The translations under genes were made by a program, and so were the position numbers. Positions 1-11,228 of a stretch of DNA of 64,000 nt are shown in pieces (the first letter of the stretch is position 1; every line of letters starts with the position of its first letter). This DNA is from Octopus bimaculoides. Its lineage: Eukaryota. Location of the stretch: assembly GCF_001194135.2 (NCBI RefSeq), contig NC_068984.1, positions 126,382,751 to 126,446,750 of the forward strand, read 5' to 3'. Below the pieces are notes generated by a model that was not told where the DNA came from, did not search any database, and was given only the letters and a program-made list of their open reading frames with translations.

Positions 1-1019
1 TTAACAAATGCTATATGAGAACACCCTAACCATATTTACAGATTCTTGTGTTAGTGCAATTTCATTATGAAAGAGCCATGCATTTAATAATGCATGAAGC
101 TGTTACTTAAAATTTACTTTAAATTTATTTCATAAGGCACCAAAATTTTCATCACATAATTGTGACTGCAAACCTTGCATTGCTATTTTCTGGAACAACT
201 CTATGTCTATCTATCTTAATTGATAATTTGTCAATTTCCTTACAGAAATGGTTCGTTACTCTAGTTGTATCAATTACAAAAGAAATCACACACATTTCTT
301 AACTGCCATAATGTTTTTAGTTCAGCAGCTAGGCCAGTGTAAATTTCTTAGCTTTTCAGCTTATTTGTGAAAGACATTACAGTCATTTGGTATTGCTTTA
401 TCAATAATTAGTATACTATTGTTATTTTTGTTATGGAGTATGGTGTCAGAATTATTGTGTGCTGTCTAATGGTACTGTCAGTATGCTAAACTTCCGTGAT
501 ATTTTCACATTGAAATATACTAAAACAGAGAGATTCATATGACTACTAGAATGCTTTTTCTTGCTGCAGACGAAATTTTGTGGCTAGATGTTATAAAGCA
601 GCTTTAGCATGTTATTATGTCATCTTCAAGTATATTTTGTTGGAGCTAGTATGGGGCATCTTTATACAATGTGATATAGTATTTAAGGAAATACACCATA
701 AGGGTGACATTTGTTCTCTATATTGCAGGAGTTTATTTCAATATATCTTGTGGTGATGGCATGTTTGTTCCTATATTGTGAATGGTGCTGCCTCTGTTGT
801 TCCATTCAAGCTTAATTTGAGCATCTAGGTGACAAATAGTCTCTTATTTATATATAGGAGATCTAGGTTGCAAAATTATTTGCAATGTGTTTAAACGCTT
901 TTATGGTTGATTACCACTGTTGAACTACATGCTATCTATATATCTGCTCTTGCTGTTGGTTTTGATTCAGTCTAAGATGTTTGATGACTAAGCTAACAAA
1001 ACATTGGAATAAATATTTT

Positions 1020-1230
1020 TCAGAATTTGTTCTGGCTCTCTACACTCTGTGTTCAAATCCCACCAAGATCAACTTCACCTTTGACCCCTTTTGGGGTCGA
1101 TAAAGTAACAGTTTTTATGATGTTTAATAAGGTTTCTCTATGTTCTGCGGTCAGCTTTATATTTAATCTTTCTGAACTGATGAAATAAAGAACCAGTCAA
1201 GTATGAGGTTGATTTAATATTTGTAAACTT
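1020..1230 (+). mobile_element. SINE family C, degenerate/rearranged copy
   Basis: GTTCAAATCCCACCAAGATCAACTTCACCTTTGACCCC...GGGGTCGATAAA matches the B-box and central block of better copies (8613, 33841). Confidence 0.55.
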
Positions 1231-1309
1231 GTGCCTGTGTTATTGTTGCTGTTTAGTCCCAGATTAGCCCTGATTGAACAGAGCTTTTGTCAAACATGTT
1301 CCACCCATG

Positions 1310-1452
1310 GCCATCCAAACAAACCGACACTGATTGTCAAGTGGTAGGAGAGACAAACACAGACATACACACACACTCATATGGCAGGCATCATTATAGT
1401 TTCTGTCTGTCAGATTCATTCACAAAGCATGACCTGGTCCAGGGCTATAGTC
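1310..1452 (-). mobile_element. SINE family A fragment
   Basis: TTGTCAAGTGGT..GACAAACACAGAC + (CA)n + GTTTCTGTCTGTCAGATTCA match the reverse complement of 4718-5153. Confidence 0.6.
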
Positions 1453-1654
1453 TTTATATATTTTGTTGGCTATTTCTTGTGTCTCCACCCAATCACTCCC
1501 ACCCTCTTTTGTAAAATGTGAGCAGTCATGTTGCTCTTCTACAGTAAGAAACCTGTTCTGTTCTGGCCCCTTTTCTCATGCTTTTATCCTTCATCTTGCT
1601 CCCATGGGGTTTGTCATTAATTTTGCAAGTTGCAGGCAAGCACACTAGTGCTGG

Positions 1655-1835
1655 TGCCTTGACAAAAACACCCAGTATATGCCGTAAAGTAGTTGGTATT
1701 AAGAAGAACATCTAGCCATAGAAATCATGCCAAGCACAACACTGGAGCATGAGACAGTCCTTGGGTCTATTACATCTCATGAAACCATTTAAACCATGCC
1801 AGCATGGAACATAGATGTTAAAAGATGATGATAGT
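1655..1835 (+). mobile_element. RTE-LINE 3' end (family B), degenerate
   Basis: Ends CCATGCCAGCATGGAACATAGATGTTAAAAGATGATGAT, the family B tail. Confidence 0.6.
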
Positions 1836-2574
1836 GGTAGGGCATGATTTAAGGAAAACTAGGCTACTATTTCTAACAGGTTGAGTGACTTTGTAGGGGC
1901 TCTACTGTGGGCTTATGTGACTATAGTAGAAGCCATTAGCAGAAATGGTAGAGCAACAGACTAAATACCTTGTAGTATTTAGTTATATACCTTAATGTTT
2001 TGAGCTCAAATCTTGAGGTTAACTTCACCTTTCATCTTCCTGGAGTTGATAATGTAAAGTTGCAGTTTAGTACCAGGATTGACTACAGCATTTAAATGTG
2101 TGTATATGTGTGTGTGGCACAGAGGAAAATGTTGTCTTAGGTAGTTGCAATAGTGTTGGTGGTAGTGGCTGCAGTGGTGTTTGTGTTAGTGGTGTAGCAT
2201 TGGTAATAGTAATAGAAAGGTGGTAGTAACAGACAGGATAGTAGTGATGGTAATAGTGGTAAAAGCAGTAACAGTAAAAGGAGTAGTGGTAGTAGTTGTC
2301 AGTGACAGTGTGAAAAGAGACCACTACGGTGCGTCCAGGTTGTATATATGAGAAAGATATTTGCCAAAAAGCTAAATAGATTGCTTTCTTCTGTGGTCTA
2401 CAATATACTGTTGATTGAAGGTCTAACCATCTACTATTGATTGAATATCTAACCATTTCATATATTGATTACATAATGGGGAATGTATAACTAAGATTTC
2501 TACATCACTTTCTAACCAATCTCTCTTTCACTCTCTCACCCTTTCTCACATGTGTGTGTGTGTGTGTATATATT

Positions 2575-2925
2575 TTCTGTTTTACCTTTTGCTTGTTTTA
2601 GTTATTGGATTGCTGTAATGCTGGGGCACTGCCCTGATGGGCTTTAGTCAAACAAATCGACCCTGGTACTTATTTTCGAAGTCTGGTATTTATTCTGTCA
2701 GTCTCTTTTGCCAAAGTGCTCAGTTATGGGGACATAAACAAACCAACACTGATTGTCAAGTGGTAAAGGAGATAAAGACACACACACACACATGACAGGC
2801 TTCATCACAGTTTCTGTCTGCCAAATTCACTCTCAAGGCATTGCCTCGCCCTGGGCCAGAGTAGAACTGATACTAAACTTGAACCAACATGGTCGCAGAG
2901 TGAAGTCCTTAACCTCACAGCCTAT
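2575..2925 (-). mobile_element. SINE family A copy
   Basis: Both halves and the central (CA)n hinge match the reverse complement of 4718-5153. Confidence 0.7.
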
Positions 2926-2984
2926 TACTGGTATAACAATGATAATGCATCAGTAATTTATTAATTAAACTAATTGTTAAGGAA

Positions 2985-3270
2985 GCTTTATATATTCTTT
3001 TATTCTTTTACTTGCTTCAGTCATTTGAACTGTGGCTCTGCTGGAGCACCACCTTTAAGGGTTTTTTTAGTCAAAGAAATCAACCCCAGACTAAATACCT
3101 TGTTTGTAAGCCTAGTACTTATTCTATCAGTCCTTTTTGCTGAACCACTAAGTTACAGGGATGTAAACACACCAACATTGGTTATCAAGTGATAGTGGGG
3201 GGGGGGGGCAAAGACGTGCATAACATAAATATATACATACTTATATACACGCACACACACACACACATAC
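2985..3270 (-). mobile_element. SINE family A, 3' half
   Basis: CTTTTACTTGCTTCAGTCATT...CTGGAGCACCACC...CTAGTACTTATTCTATC. Confidence 0.7.
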
Positions 3271-3605
3271 CCCATTGTTTACATTACAATCAACATACCA
3301 ACTCCATCCAGTCAATCATCTTCATCATTCCTCTTTCCATGTTATCATGTGTTAGGTGGATCTGCCTCACAACATACTATCAGACCCAGCTAGTGAGTCA
3401 ACAAAGGACTCTCTGAGCAGCTGTTTGACCTGCTCAAAATTGCAGTCAAATTACCTTCATATCACAGCCTAAAGAAGGACACATTGTTACAATGTAGTAC
3501 TAGAAAATAAATAAATAAATAAAATAAAATAAAAGGACGGCACAACAGGATTGTGTTTGATCACAAGTTTGCTTAATTAGTATTTAGTTAGTGTTAAACA
3601 ACAGC

Positions 3606-3798
3606 TGTGTGTTGGCACTCCGTCGCTTACGACGAGAGAGAAAGTTGTGGTGGAAGAGTACAGCAGGGTTCGCCACCATCCCCTGCCGGAGCCTCGTGGA
3701 GCTTTAGGTGTTTTTGCTCAATAAACACTCACAATGCCCGGTCTGGGAATCGAAACCGCGAGTCCGCTGCCCTAACCACTGGGCCATTGCGCCTCCAC
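3606..3798 (-). mobile_element. tRNA-derived SINE family D, internally deleted, 11-bp TSD
   Basis: Minus strand begins GGAGGCGCAATGGCCCAGTGGTTAGGGCAGCGG (A box) with GTTTCGATTCC (B box); homologous to 48954-49338; TAAACAACAGC duplicated at 3595-3605 and 3799-3809. Confidence 0.85.
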
Positions 3799-3955
3799 TA
3801 AACAACAGCAACAACCCAGCTAAAAGTTTAATACGTATACACTGCTGTTTCTGTATAAACATTGATCTGAATAAACCTAACTGAATATTTGTTAAATATT
3901 ACACTGCTCAATATGTGTAAGTATAGATGAACAATATGCTTACCAACTTATTTTG

Positions 3956-4000
<45 letters not shown>

Positions 4001-4717
4001 TCTTCGAAACGCCAGTGTTTTAATGGTGGCAACTGATGAATGATATGTCCTCTATGTGGCCTGCTTGTTTTTTGTAACTTGTTTATCATTCTGTCCATGT
4101 TTTTTTNNNNNNNNNNNNNNNNNNNNNNNNNNNNNNNNNNNNNNNNNNNNNNNNNNNNNNNNNNNNNNNNNNNNNNNNNNNNNNNNNNNNNNNNNNNNNN
4201 NNNNNNNNNNNNNNNNNNNNNNNNNNNNNNNATATATATATATATATAGCTTTTGAATAGACCCAGCTAAATATTTACTGAACATATACTGCTGTACATA
4301 TAAAATATATGACTTTTGAATAAAACCAAGCTAAATATTTAGTTAACAAACCCACTTCACACATCAGAGTACTGATTCTTCCTCTGGTGCAGAACATTTT
4401 AGTACTCAGCTCAGCTGCCTTTCAACTGCCCGTTATTGATAAAACAAATGACAAAATCTTATCTTCTCTTATAATTCCATTCACATCTAGAATGCATTAT
4501 AGGAATAAAAATTGATTCTAATACTCTGTAAGTCACATGACAGGCTATTCAGCTTGGAGGCCAGTGACTCTGAACAAGAACAGAAACAGAGCAGAAGTTA
4601 TTCTTCAGTCTGACTTCTATTAGACAACTCTCCATTCAACCATCCTAGCATGGAAAAAAACTAATGCAGTGGTAGTCTGATGGTGATGATAGGTCACAGG
4701 AAATCTTGACATGTTAA

Positions 4718-4876
4718 GGAGTGGCTGTGTGGTAAGTAGCTTGCCTACCAACCACATAGTTCCGGGTTCAGTCCCACTGCGGGGCACCTTGGGCAAGTGT
4801 CTTCTACTATAGCCTCGGGCCGACCAAAGCCTTGTGAGTGGATTTGGTAGACGGAAACTGAAAGAAGCCCGTCGTA

Positions 4877-4939
<63 letters not shown>

Positions 4940-5153
4940 TTATGTGTCTGTGTTTGTCCCCCCAACATCGCTTGACAACCGATGCTGGTGTGTTTACGTC
5001 CCCGTAACTTAGTGGTTTGGCAAAAAGATACTGATAGAATAAGTACTAGGCTTCCAAAGAATAAGTCCTGGGGTCGATTTGCTCGACTAAAGGCGGTGCT
5101 CCAGCATGGCCGCAGTCAAATAACTGAAACAAGTAAAAGAGTAAAAGAGTAAA
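4718..5153 (+). mobile_element. tRNA-derived SINE family A, near full length
   Basis: A box GTGGCTGTGTGGTAAG, B box GGTTCAGTCCC, conserved central block, internal (TA)n(TG)n hinge, 3' module ending (GTAAAAGA)n; more than 15 homologous copies in this window. Confidence 0.9.
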
Positions 5154-5484
5154 GTGTATGTTTATTAATGGTGTATGTTTAGCTTGGGAGCTGTTGTTAA
5201 TGAGATGTAGTGATGTGGTGTGGTTTTATCATTCAATGTCAGGAGGTCACTACAGAACGTTCACTCACGTATGGGGTGGTGTATATTTTGTGTTGGAAAG
5301 TTGTTCATGAGATTTGGTGATGTGGTGGGTTTTGTCAATGTTGAAAATTTACTTGAAATAGTTTGTTTTATGTTGTGATGAGGTATTTTATGTTCGGCTG
5401 TTGTTCCTGAGATGTTGGTGGGATAGGGATGACTGTATCATTGTTGAGAGGTCACTAGAGCTGGTCGGTTCTTATATCTATAGT

Positions 5485-5683
5485 GATAGTACCGGCTGAC
5501 TGGCCTTTGTGTGGGTGACACGTAAAAGCACCCACTACACTCTCTGAGTGGTTGGCGTTAGGAAGGGCATCCAGCTGTAGAAACTCTGCCAAATCAGATT
5601 GGAGCCTGGTGTAGCCATCTGGTTTCACCAGTCCTCAGTCAAATTGTCCAACCCATGCTAGCATGGAAAACGGACGTTAAACG

Positions 5684-5715
<32 letters not shown>

Positions 5716-5718
5716 GAT
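5485..5718 (+). mobile_element. RTE-LINE 3' UTR (family B), young 5'-truncated copy
   Basis: GACACGTAAAAGCACCCACTACACTCTCTGAGTGG...GGACGTTAAAC(GAT)n; nearly identical to 21279-21440 and 44802-44986. Confidence 0.8.
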
Positions 5719-6197
5719 GTATATATTTTACATTGCATAATAGGGGAGTAAATGTTTTTTAACTTTAGTTCAACTCTTATTGAGCAGACTTATGATCAAA
5801 GGCAGTCTAGTCATGACCATTTCCTCATTTATAGGGTATATCTAGGACAACATTATTTAAGGTGGTGTTGCATGACTTGAGAAGGATTTGGTTTCTATAT
5901 CTAGTAATTTGAATGGTTACATAGAGGTTAATTCATTAGTTTCCTTTAGTAGTCTTCTACAGTTTCTCTTAACCAAATTTCTCTTACAAAACTCTGCCTT
6001 GTCTAGTACAAGATAAGTTCCAAAGTGCTGTCTGGAGAGATCGAACTATGAATCATGTGGTTGCAAAGCAAAACTTTTATCCACACAGCCATTCTTGCAT
6101 CCTTCTGAAGGGGTATTCATAAGTTATAGTTTTGCGATGTGATTTTATCAATGTTGTTAAATCATTAGAAATATGCTATATATAAGTTTTGGTGTCA

Positions 6198-6315
6198 TTA
6201 ATCTTTTCTGACACCAACCCATCTGAGACATTCCCTGGTTCAGCAATACCAACTTTCTATATTAAAGTGATTTAAATTAAAACCTGCCATCAAAAGTGTT
6301 TCAAACACCAGCTTT
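6198..6315. mobile_element. Possible piggyBac-type MITE end (one terminus only)
   Basis: TTAATCTTTTCTGACACCAACCC resembles the TTAA-CCCTTT end of the MITE at 35563; no second end found. Confidence 0.35.
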
Positions 6316-6425
6316 TATACCTTTCAGGTATAAAATAAGCACCAAATTGAGCACTGGAGTCGATGTAATCAACTAGCCTCCTCTCCCATAATTTCAGGCC
6401 ATGTTTCTGTTATAGAATTATTATT

Positions 6426-6640
6426 AAGGTGGTGATCTGGCAGAACCATTAGCAGACCAGACAAAATGCTTAGTGATATTTCATCCATCTTTACATTCTG
6501 AGTTCAAATTCCGCCAAGGTCGACTTTACCTTTTATCCGTTCAGGGTCAATGAAATATGTACCAATTGAGCACTGGGGTTAATGTAATTGACAAGCTCGC
6601 CCCACAAAATTTCAGGCTTTGTGCCTATAGTAAAAAGGAT
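6426..6640 (+). mobile_element. tRNA-derived SINE family C
   Basis: AAGGTGGTGATCTGGCAGAA...GAGTTCAAATTCCGCC...AAAAGGATTATT; preceded by the tail of another C copy (6320-6425). Confidence 0.8.
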
Positions 6641-6914
6641 TATTTTTATTATCATCTTTCAATTCTGTTTCCATTTCTTGCCGAGTGCCTTCGTGACACC
6701 TAGGGCAGAGAAATACAATAAACACATCAAATTATCCATTTACAAGGTCATGTGATAGAAAGACAGAGAGAAAGAATGAAAAATAAACAAGTAAACTAAG
6801 AAAATAAAGGTGAAAAAGGGAGAAAAAATTCACAGCGACGAAGCCCTTCTCAATACGTGTGGCGTACCACTTAAGACAATCTTTTGCACTTTCTGCATGG
6901 ATGTTAAGCCAGGA

Positions 6915-7105
6915 ATCATTCTGGGTAAAATGCTTGGCAGCATTTTTGTCTGTCTTCGCATTCTGAGTTCAAATTCTGCTGTGGTTGACTTTGCTTTTCA
7001 TCCTTTGAGGTGGATAAAATAAGTATTGGTTGAGCACCGGGATCAACATACTACCTCCAGCATATTTGCTGGACTTGTGTCAAAATTTTAAACTATTATT
7101 ATTAT
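6915..7105 (+). mobile_element. SINE family C, degenerate
   Basis: TTCTGAGTTCAAATTCTGCTGTGGTTGACTTTGCTTTTCATCC; ends in (ATT)n. Confidence 0.7.
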
Positions 7106-7186
7106 TACAGTTCTATATTTAAGAGATGAGGAACTATGTACATTATTTACAATTGACAGGTATTTGTCCTCATCTTGTTTGTTGTT

Positions 7187-7233
7187 AACACATCGTTTCA
7201 GCTGATATACCCTCCAGCCTTCATGAGGTGTCT
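7187..7233 (-). ncRNA. Type-I hammerhead ribozyme motif, core-mutated (copy 1)
   Basis: Minus strand AGACAC-CTCATGA-A-GGCTG-GAGGGTATAT-CAGCT-GAAAC-GA-T-GTGTT; stems I and II pair, but G5>C and U16.1>A. Confidence 0.6.
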
Positions 7234-7383
7234 TGGGGAAATTTCGAACCTGGGTTCTCATTCCTAATTTTTCCATTGAAGTCAAATGTCGGCTCCGTAC
7301 CAATTAGATAATACAGTTCTATATTTAAGAGATGAGGAATTATTTACAATTGACGGATATTTGTCCTCATCTTGTTTGTTGTT

Positions 7384-7430
7384 AACACATCGTTTCGGCT
7401 GATATACCCTCCAGCCTTCATGAGGTGTCT
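7384..7430 (-). ncRNA. Type-I hammerhead ribozyme motif, core-mutated (copy 2)
   Basis: AGACAC-CTCATGA-A-GGCTG...CAGCC-GAAAC-GA-T-GTGTT; same two core substitutions as copy 1. Confidence 0.6.
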
Positions 7431-8290
7431 TGGGGAAATTTCGAACCTGGGTTCTCATTCCTAATTTTTCCATTGAAGTCAAATGTCGGCTCCGTACCAA
7501 TTAGATAATACAGTTCTATNNNNNNNNNNNNNNNNNNNNNNNNNNNNNNNNNNNNNNNNNNNNNNNNNNNNNNNNNNNNNNNNNNNNNNNNNNNNNNNNN
7601 NNNNNNNNNNNNNNNNNNNNNNNNNNNNNNNNNNNNNNNNNNNNNNNNNNNNNNNNNNNNNNNNNNNNNNNNNNNNNNNNNNNNNNNNNNNNNNNNNNNN
7701 NNNNNNNNNNNNNNNNNNNNNNNNNNNNNNNNNNNNNNNNNNNNNNNNNNNNNNNNNNNNNNNNNNNNNNNNNNNNNNNNNNNNNNNNNNNNNNNNNNNN
7801 NNNNNNNNNNNNNNNNNNNNNNNNNNNNNNNNNNNNNNNNNNNNNNNNNNNNNNNNNNNNNNNNNNNNNNNNNNNNNNNNNNNNNNNNNNNNNNNNNNNN
7901 NNNNNNNNNNNNNNNNNNNNNNNNNNNNNNNNNNNNNNNNNNNNNNNNNNNNNNNNNNNNNNNNNNNNNNNNNNNNNNNNNNNNNNNNNNNNNNNNNNNN
8001 NNNNNNNNNNNNNNNNNNNNNNNNNNNNNNNNNNNNNNNNNNNNNNNNNNNNNNNNNNNNNNNNNNNNNNNNNNNNNNNNNNNNNNNNNNNNNNNNNNNN
8101 NNNNNNNNNNNNNNNNNNNNNNNNNNNNNNNNNNNNNNNNNNNNNNNNNNNNNNNNNNNNNNNNNNNNNNNNNNNNNNNNNNNNNNNNNNNNNNNNNNNN
8201 NNNNNNNNNNNNNNNNNNNNNNNNNNNNNNNNNNNNNNNNNNNNNNNNNNNNNNNNNNNNNNNNNNNNNNNNNNNNNNNNNNNNNNNNNN

Positions 8291-8541
8291 CTGTATTGAA
8301 AGTGTTTTGCGTAGAATGTGTGCAGTACCCAGTAGTGCAATTTTCTGTATGTTATATATATTTGTAAGTCCTGGTGTTTTTGTTATGTATTTGTCTGAAT
8401 ATTTTTTTATTATACCTAAGGCACCTACTATGATAGGAATTGTTTCTGTTTTTAGATTCCACATTCGAGTTATCTCTATTTCCAGGTCTTTGTATTTTGA
8501 AAGTTTTTCCATTTCTTTTAGAGAAACGTTGTCATCTGCTG

Positions 8542-8545
<4 letters not shown>
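8291..8545 (-). mobile_element. 5'-truncated R4/Dong-like non-LTR retrotransposon, C-terminal restriction-like endonuclease region
   Basis: Open frame IPADDNVSLKEMEKLSKYKDLEIEITRMWNLKTETIPIIVGALG...ALLGTAHILRKTLSIQ has the ExEKxxKY / PxxVGALG pattern of R4-clade RLE C-termini; abuts (TAA)n. Confidence 0.8.
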
Positions 8546-8605
<60 letters not shown>

Positions 8606-8612
8606 TATTATT
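8544..8612. repeat. (ATT)n microsatellite
   Basis: Direct reading. Confidence 0.95.
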
Positions 8613-8830
8613 AAGGTGGTGAGCTGGCAGAATCGTTAGCACTCTGGGCAAAATGTTTAGTGGTATTTCTTCCTCCTTTATGTTCTGAGTTCAAATTCCG
8701 CTGAGACTGACTTTGCCTTTCATCCTTTCGAGGCTGATTAAATAAGTACCAGTTACACACTGGGGTCGATGTAATCGACTTACCCCCTCCTCCCAAATTC
8801 CAGGCCTTCATTCTATAGTAGAAAAGATTA
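8613..8830 (+). mobile_element. SINE family C, full length
   Basis: AAGGTGGTGAGCTGGCAGAATCGTTAGC...GAGTTCAAATTCC...GAAAAGATTATTATT. Confidence 0.85.
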
Positions 8831-9541
8831 TTATTATTATTAGTAGTAGTAGTAGTAGCAACTACAGGTGCAACAGTGTTAGTAGTAGTAGTAGGACTGT
8901 CTGAGGACGGCATTAAGGGAAGAGGTAGTTCTTAAAGCACTCACTTTTTGTCACTTAAACTGTTACCCTAATTCTGTCACGGGCCCGCACTAAGAGCAGA
9001 AGTGTTTGTGAAATACTTGGTCACTTAACACTACAATGATTTCATCTATTGAACCAAACAGCTGCCAGATCCATTCATTTCAAAGAGGGAGTGACAGCTC
9101 GTTTTGTGGGAGTAGGCAGTGCTAAATGTGAAATTAAGGTGGGGGTGGTGGTAGTTTTATGGGCTGGACACTGGTTGATATGATGCAATGAATATGGTGT
9201 ATATACCTGCGTACAGGATGTATTATATTTGTGTTTATGATCATGACAAGTTATGATTTGGCTTACGTTATTTTCTAATATTGCTTGTCTCAGAAGATAG
9301 TTATATTTCAAAGCTTCTCTTTGACTGGGTGGGGATGGAGGTTTGGGTGTGTGGTGGTGTTGGTAGTCACAAGAAGGGAGAGGATTTTCTATATACTTTG
9401 AGCGAGAGTGTTTATGTTAGTCTATGTGTATATGCCTTTGAGTGAGGTATCTGTGCATGTGTGCACATGTAAGTACAAAGAGTATGCATGATTTAAAGAT
9501 CTTCACTCAGCTGAGTTACACACCTTTTATATATATCTATA

Positions 9542-9577
<36 letters not shown>

Positions 9578-9724
9578 CACACACACATAAACAAATACAT
9601 ACATGCTTAATATATATATATATGAGGAAGAATGACAGTAAATTCTCATTAACGCTAATGACTTTTTTCTCATTAGAGTTGTAGTTTCAATTAATTGAAA
9701 ATTATTTTTGGCTCACCACCTCAT

Positions 9725-9762
<38 letters not shown>

Positions 9763-9899
9763 TCAATCACATGGTTCCATGTCCAATCCCACTGTGTGGT
9801 GTCTTGGGCTTGCATCTTCTACTGTAGTCCCAGTTTGACTAATTATTCTTGGAAAGAATTACTTCCTGTTATTGAACTTTCTAAATTCTTATGATGTCA

Positions 9900-9934
<35 letters not shown>

Positions 9935-9976
9935 TCTACATGTACATACACACACAATAATTTCTCACTCTGTCTG

Positions 9977-10011
<35 letters not shown>

Positions 10012-10034
10012 GTGTATATAGTAGTAATAAGGAT

Positions 10035-10069
10035 CTGAAGAATCAAACAGGTGTGAAACAGCTGTAAAT
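10035..10069 (+). ncRNA. Hammerhead-like motif, intact core but eroded stems
   Basis: CTGAAGA-ATCAAACAGGTGT-GAAAC-AGCT-GT-A; stems I and II pair poorly. Confidence 0.4.
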
Positions 10070-10135
10070 GAATGGAATAAACATCTCTCTCACATCACTT
10101 CTCTTATCTTTTCTACACACACACACATGTATATA

Positions 10136-10186
<51 letters not shown>

Positions 10187-10187
10187 T

Positions 10188-10350
10188 ATCATTTAATGTC
10201 CATTTTCCATGTTGGCATGGATGGGAGGGTTCAACAGGAACTAGCAGGCTAGAGAGCTACACCAGACTCCATTTGTCTGTTTTGGCATGGTTTCTATGGC
10301 TGGATGCCCTTCCTAATGCCAACCACCTAACAGAGTGGATTGGGTGCTTT
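10188..10350 (-). mobile_element. RTE-LINE 3' end (family B)
   Basis: CATTTAATGTCCATTTTCCATG...GGATGCCCTTCCTAATGCCAACCAC. Confidence 0.75.
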
Positions 10351-11228
10351 TTATATGTGCTCTTTTTCTTTATGTCTCAGTCTTATGGCTACTGGAATCA
10401 ATATAGAACAGCTGCTGTGCTGATGGTGTCTGTTGAGTTTTGTCTCCAGAAGAAACACTCATTTCTTTACTGACAAGTCAATTCTGAAGAATTATAGATT
10501 CTTGAGATTATCAACCGTTCTCAATCAGAGTGAATCACAAATGCTGTCAGGTATTTGTTTACTGTCTCTTGAAGGGAAAGTGTTTTCAATAAATCATGAA
10601 TTTAATCATGTTTATTATTTAATATACCTGTATTTTTATTTTGTTGTCCAAATTCATGCCACAGTACTTAGCTTCTTTCTGTTCTCTCCCCCCCTCTCTC
10701 TCTATATATATATCTGTATGTATGTATGTATGTATGTGTGTGTGTGTAGGTGTGTATAATGTGTTTAAGTATGAATGTGCTTGTGTTTACAAGTGTAAAA
10801 CAAATAGTAAGCTCACTGAACTGAACCCCTTTATATAAAAATAGCATCTTTGGAAATAGAGTAATGACTAAACTGAAATACATACTGCGGATGTTATGAG
10901 TTACTAAGACACTTAAAAAGGTGGTATCCTAAAATAGTCCAGTGACTACAACCAGAAAAAGCGTGTGTGTGTGTGTATACGCGCGCACATGCATGCATGC
11001 ACACACACACGGAATCACTAGATATAGTTGATATGATTTTCAAGGCTCAGTATGTAACTTAATCTATTGTACACAATATTTATATCATTCGCGTGTAACA
11101 ATTGATTGCTAAACTATAGAACAAAATCGACGACATAAAATATTAAAGACGCAACATTTATATTATTCATTATTCAACAATTTACTGATAAATAAATATT
11201 TTGAATCAGTCTATACACACATCTAGAT

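Larger units (their letters stand above)
7106..7519 (-). repeat. Tandem ~200-bp unit (family H) with a hammerhead-like motif; at least 2 copies, running into a gap
   Basis: TACAGTTCTATATTTAAGAGATGAGG starts at 7106, 7312 and 7509 (periods 206 and 197). Confidence 0.9.

Noticed and set aside
1-1000. Possible exons in the unique AT-rich start of the window
   Set aside because: AG/GT candidates give only short frames with stops and no recognisable protein.
4718-4790. tRNA genes at SINE heads
   Set aside because: A and B boxes are present, but I see no complete cloverleaf or terminator, and each head continues into a SINE body.
7418-8512. 364-aa ORF and the other long X-filled ORFs (30491, 36861, 37172, 45641, 53156)
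   Set aside because: Their length comes from N gaps; only the R4-like N-terminal part of this one is real.
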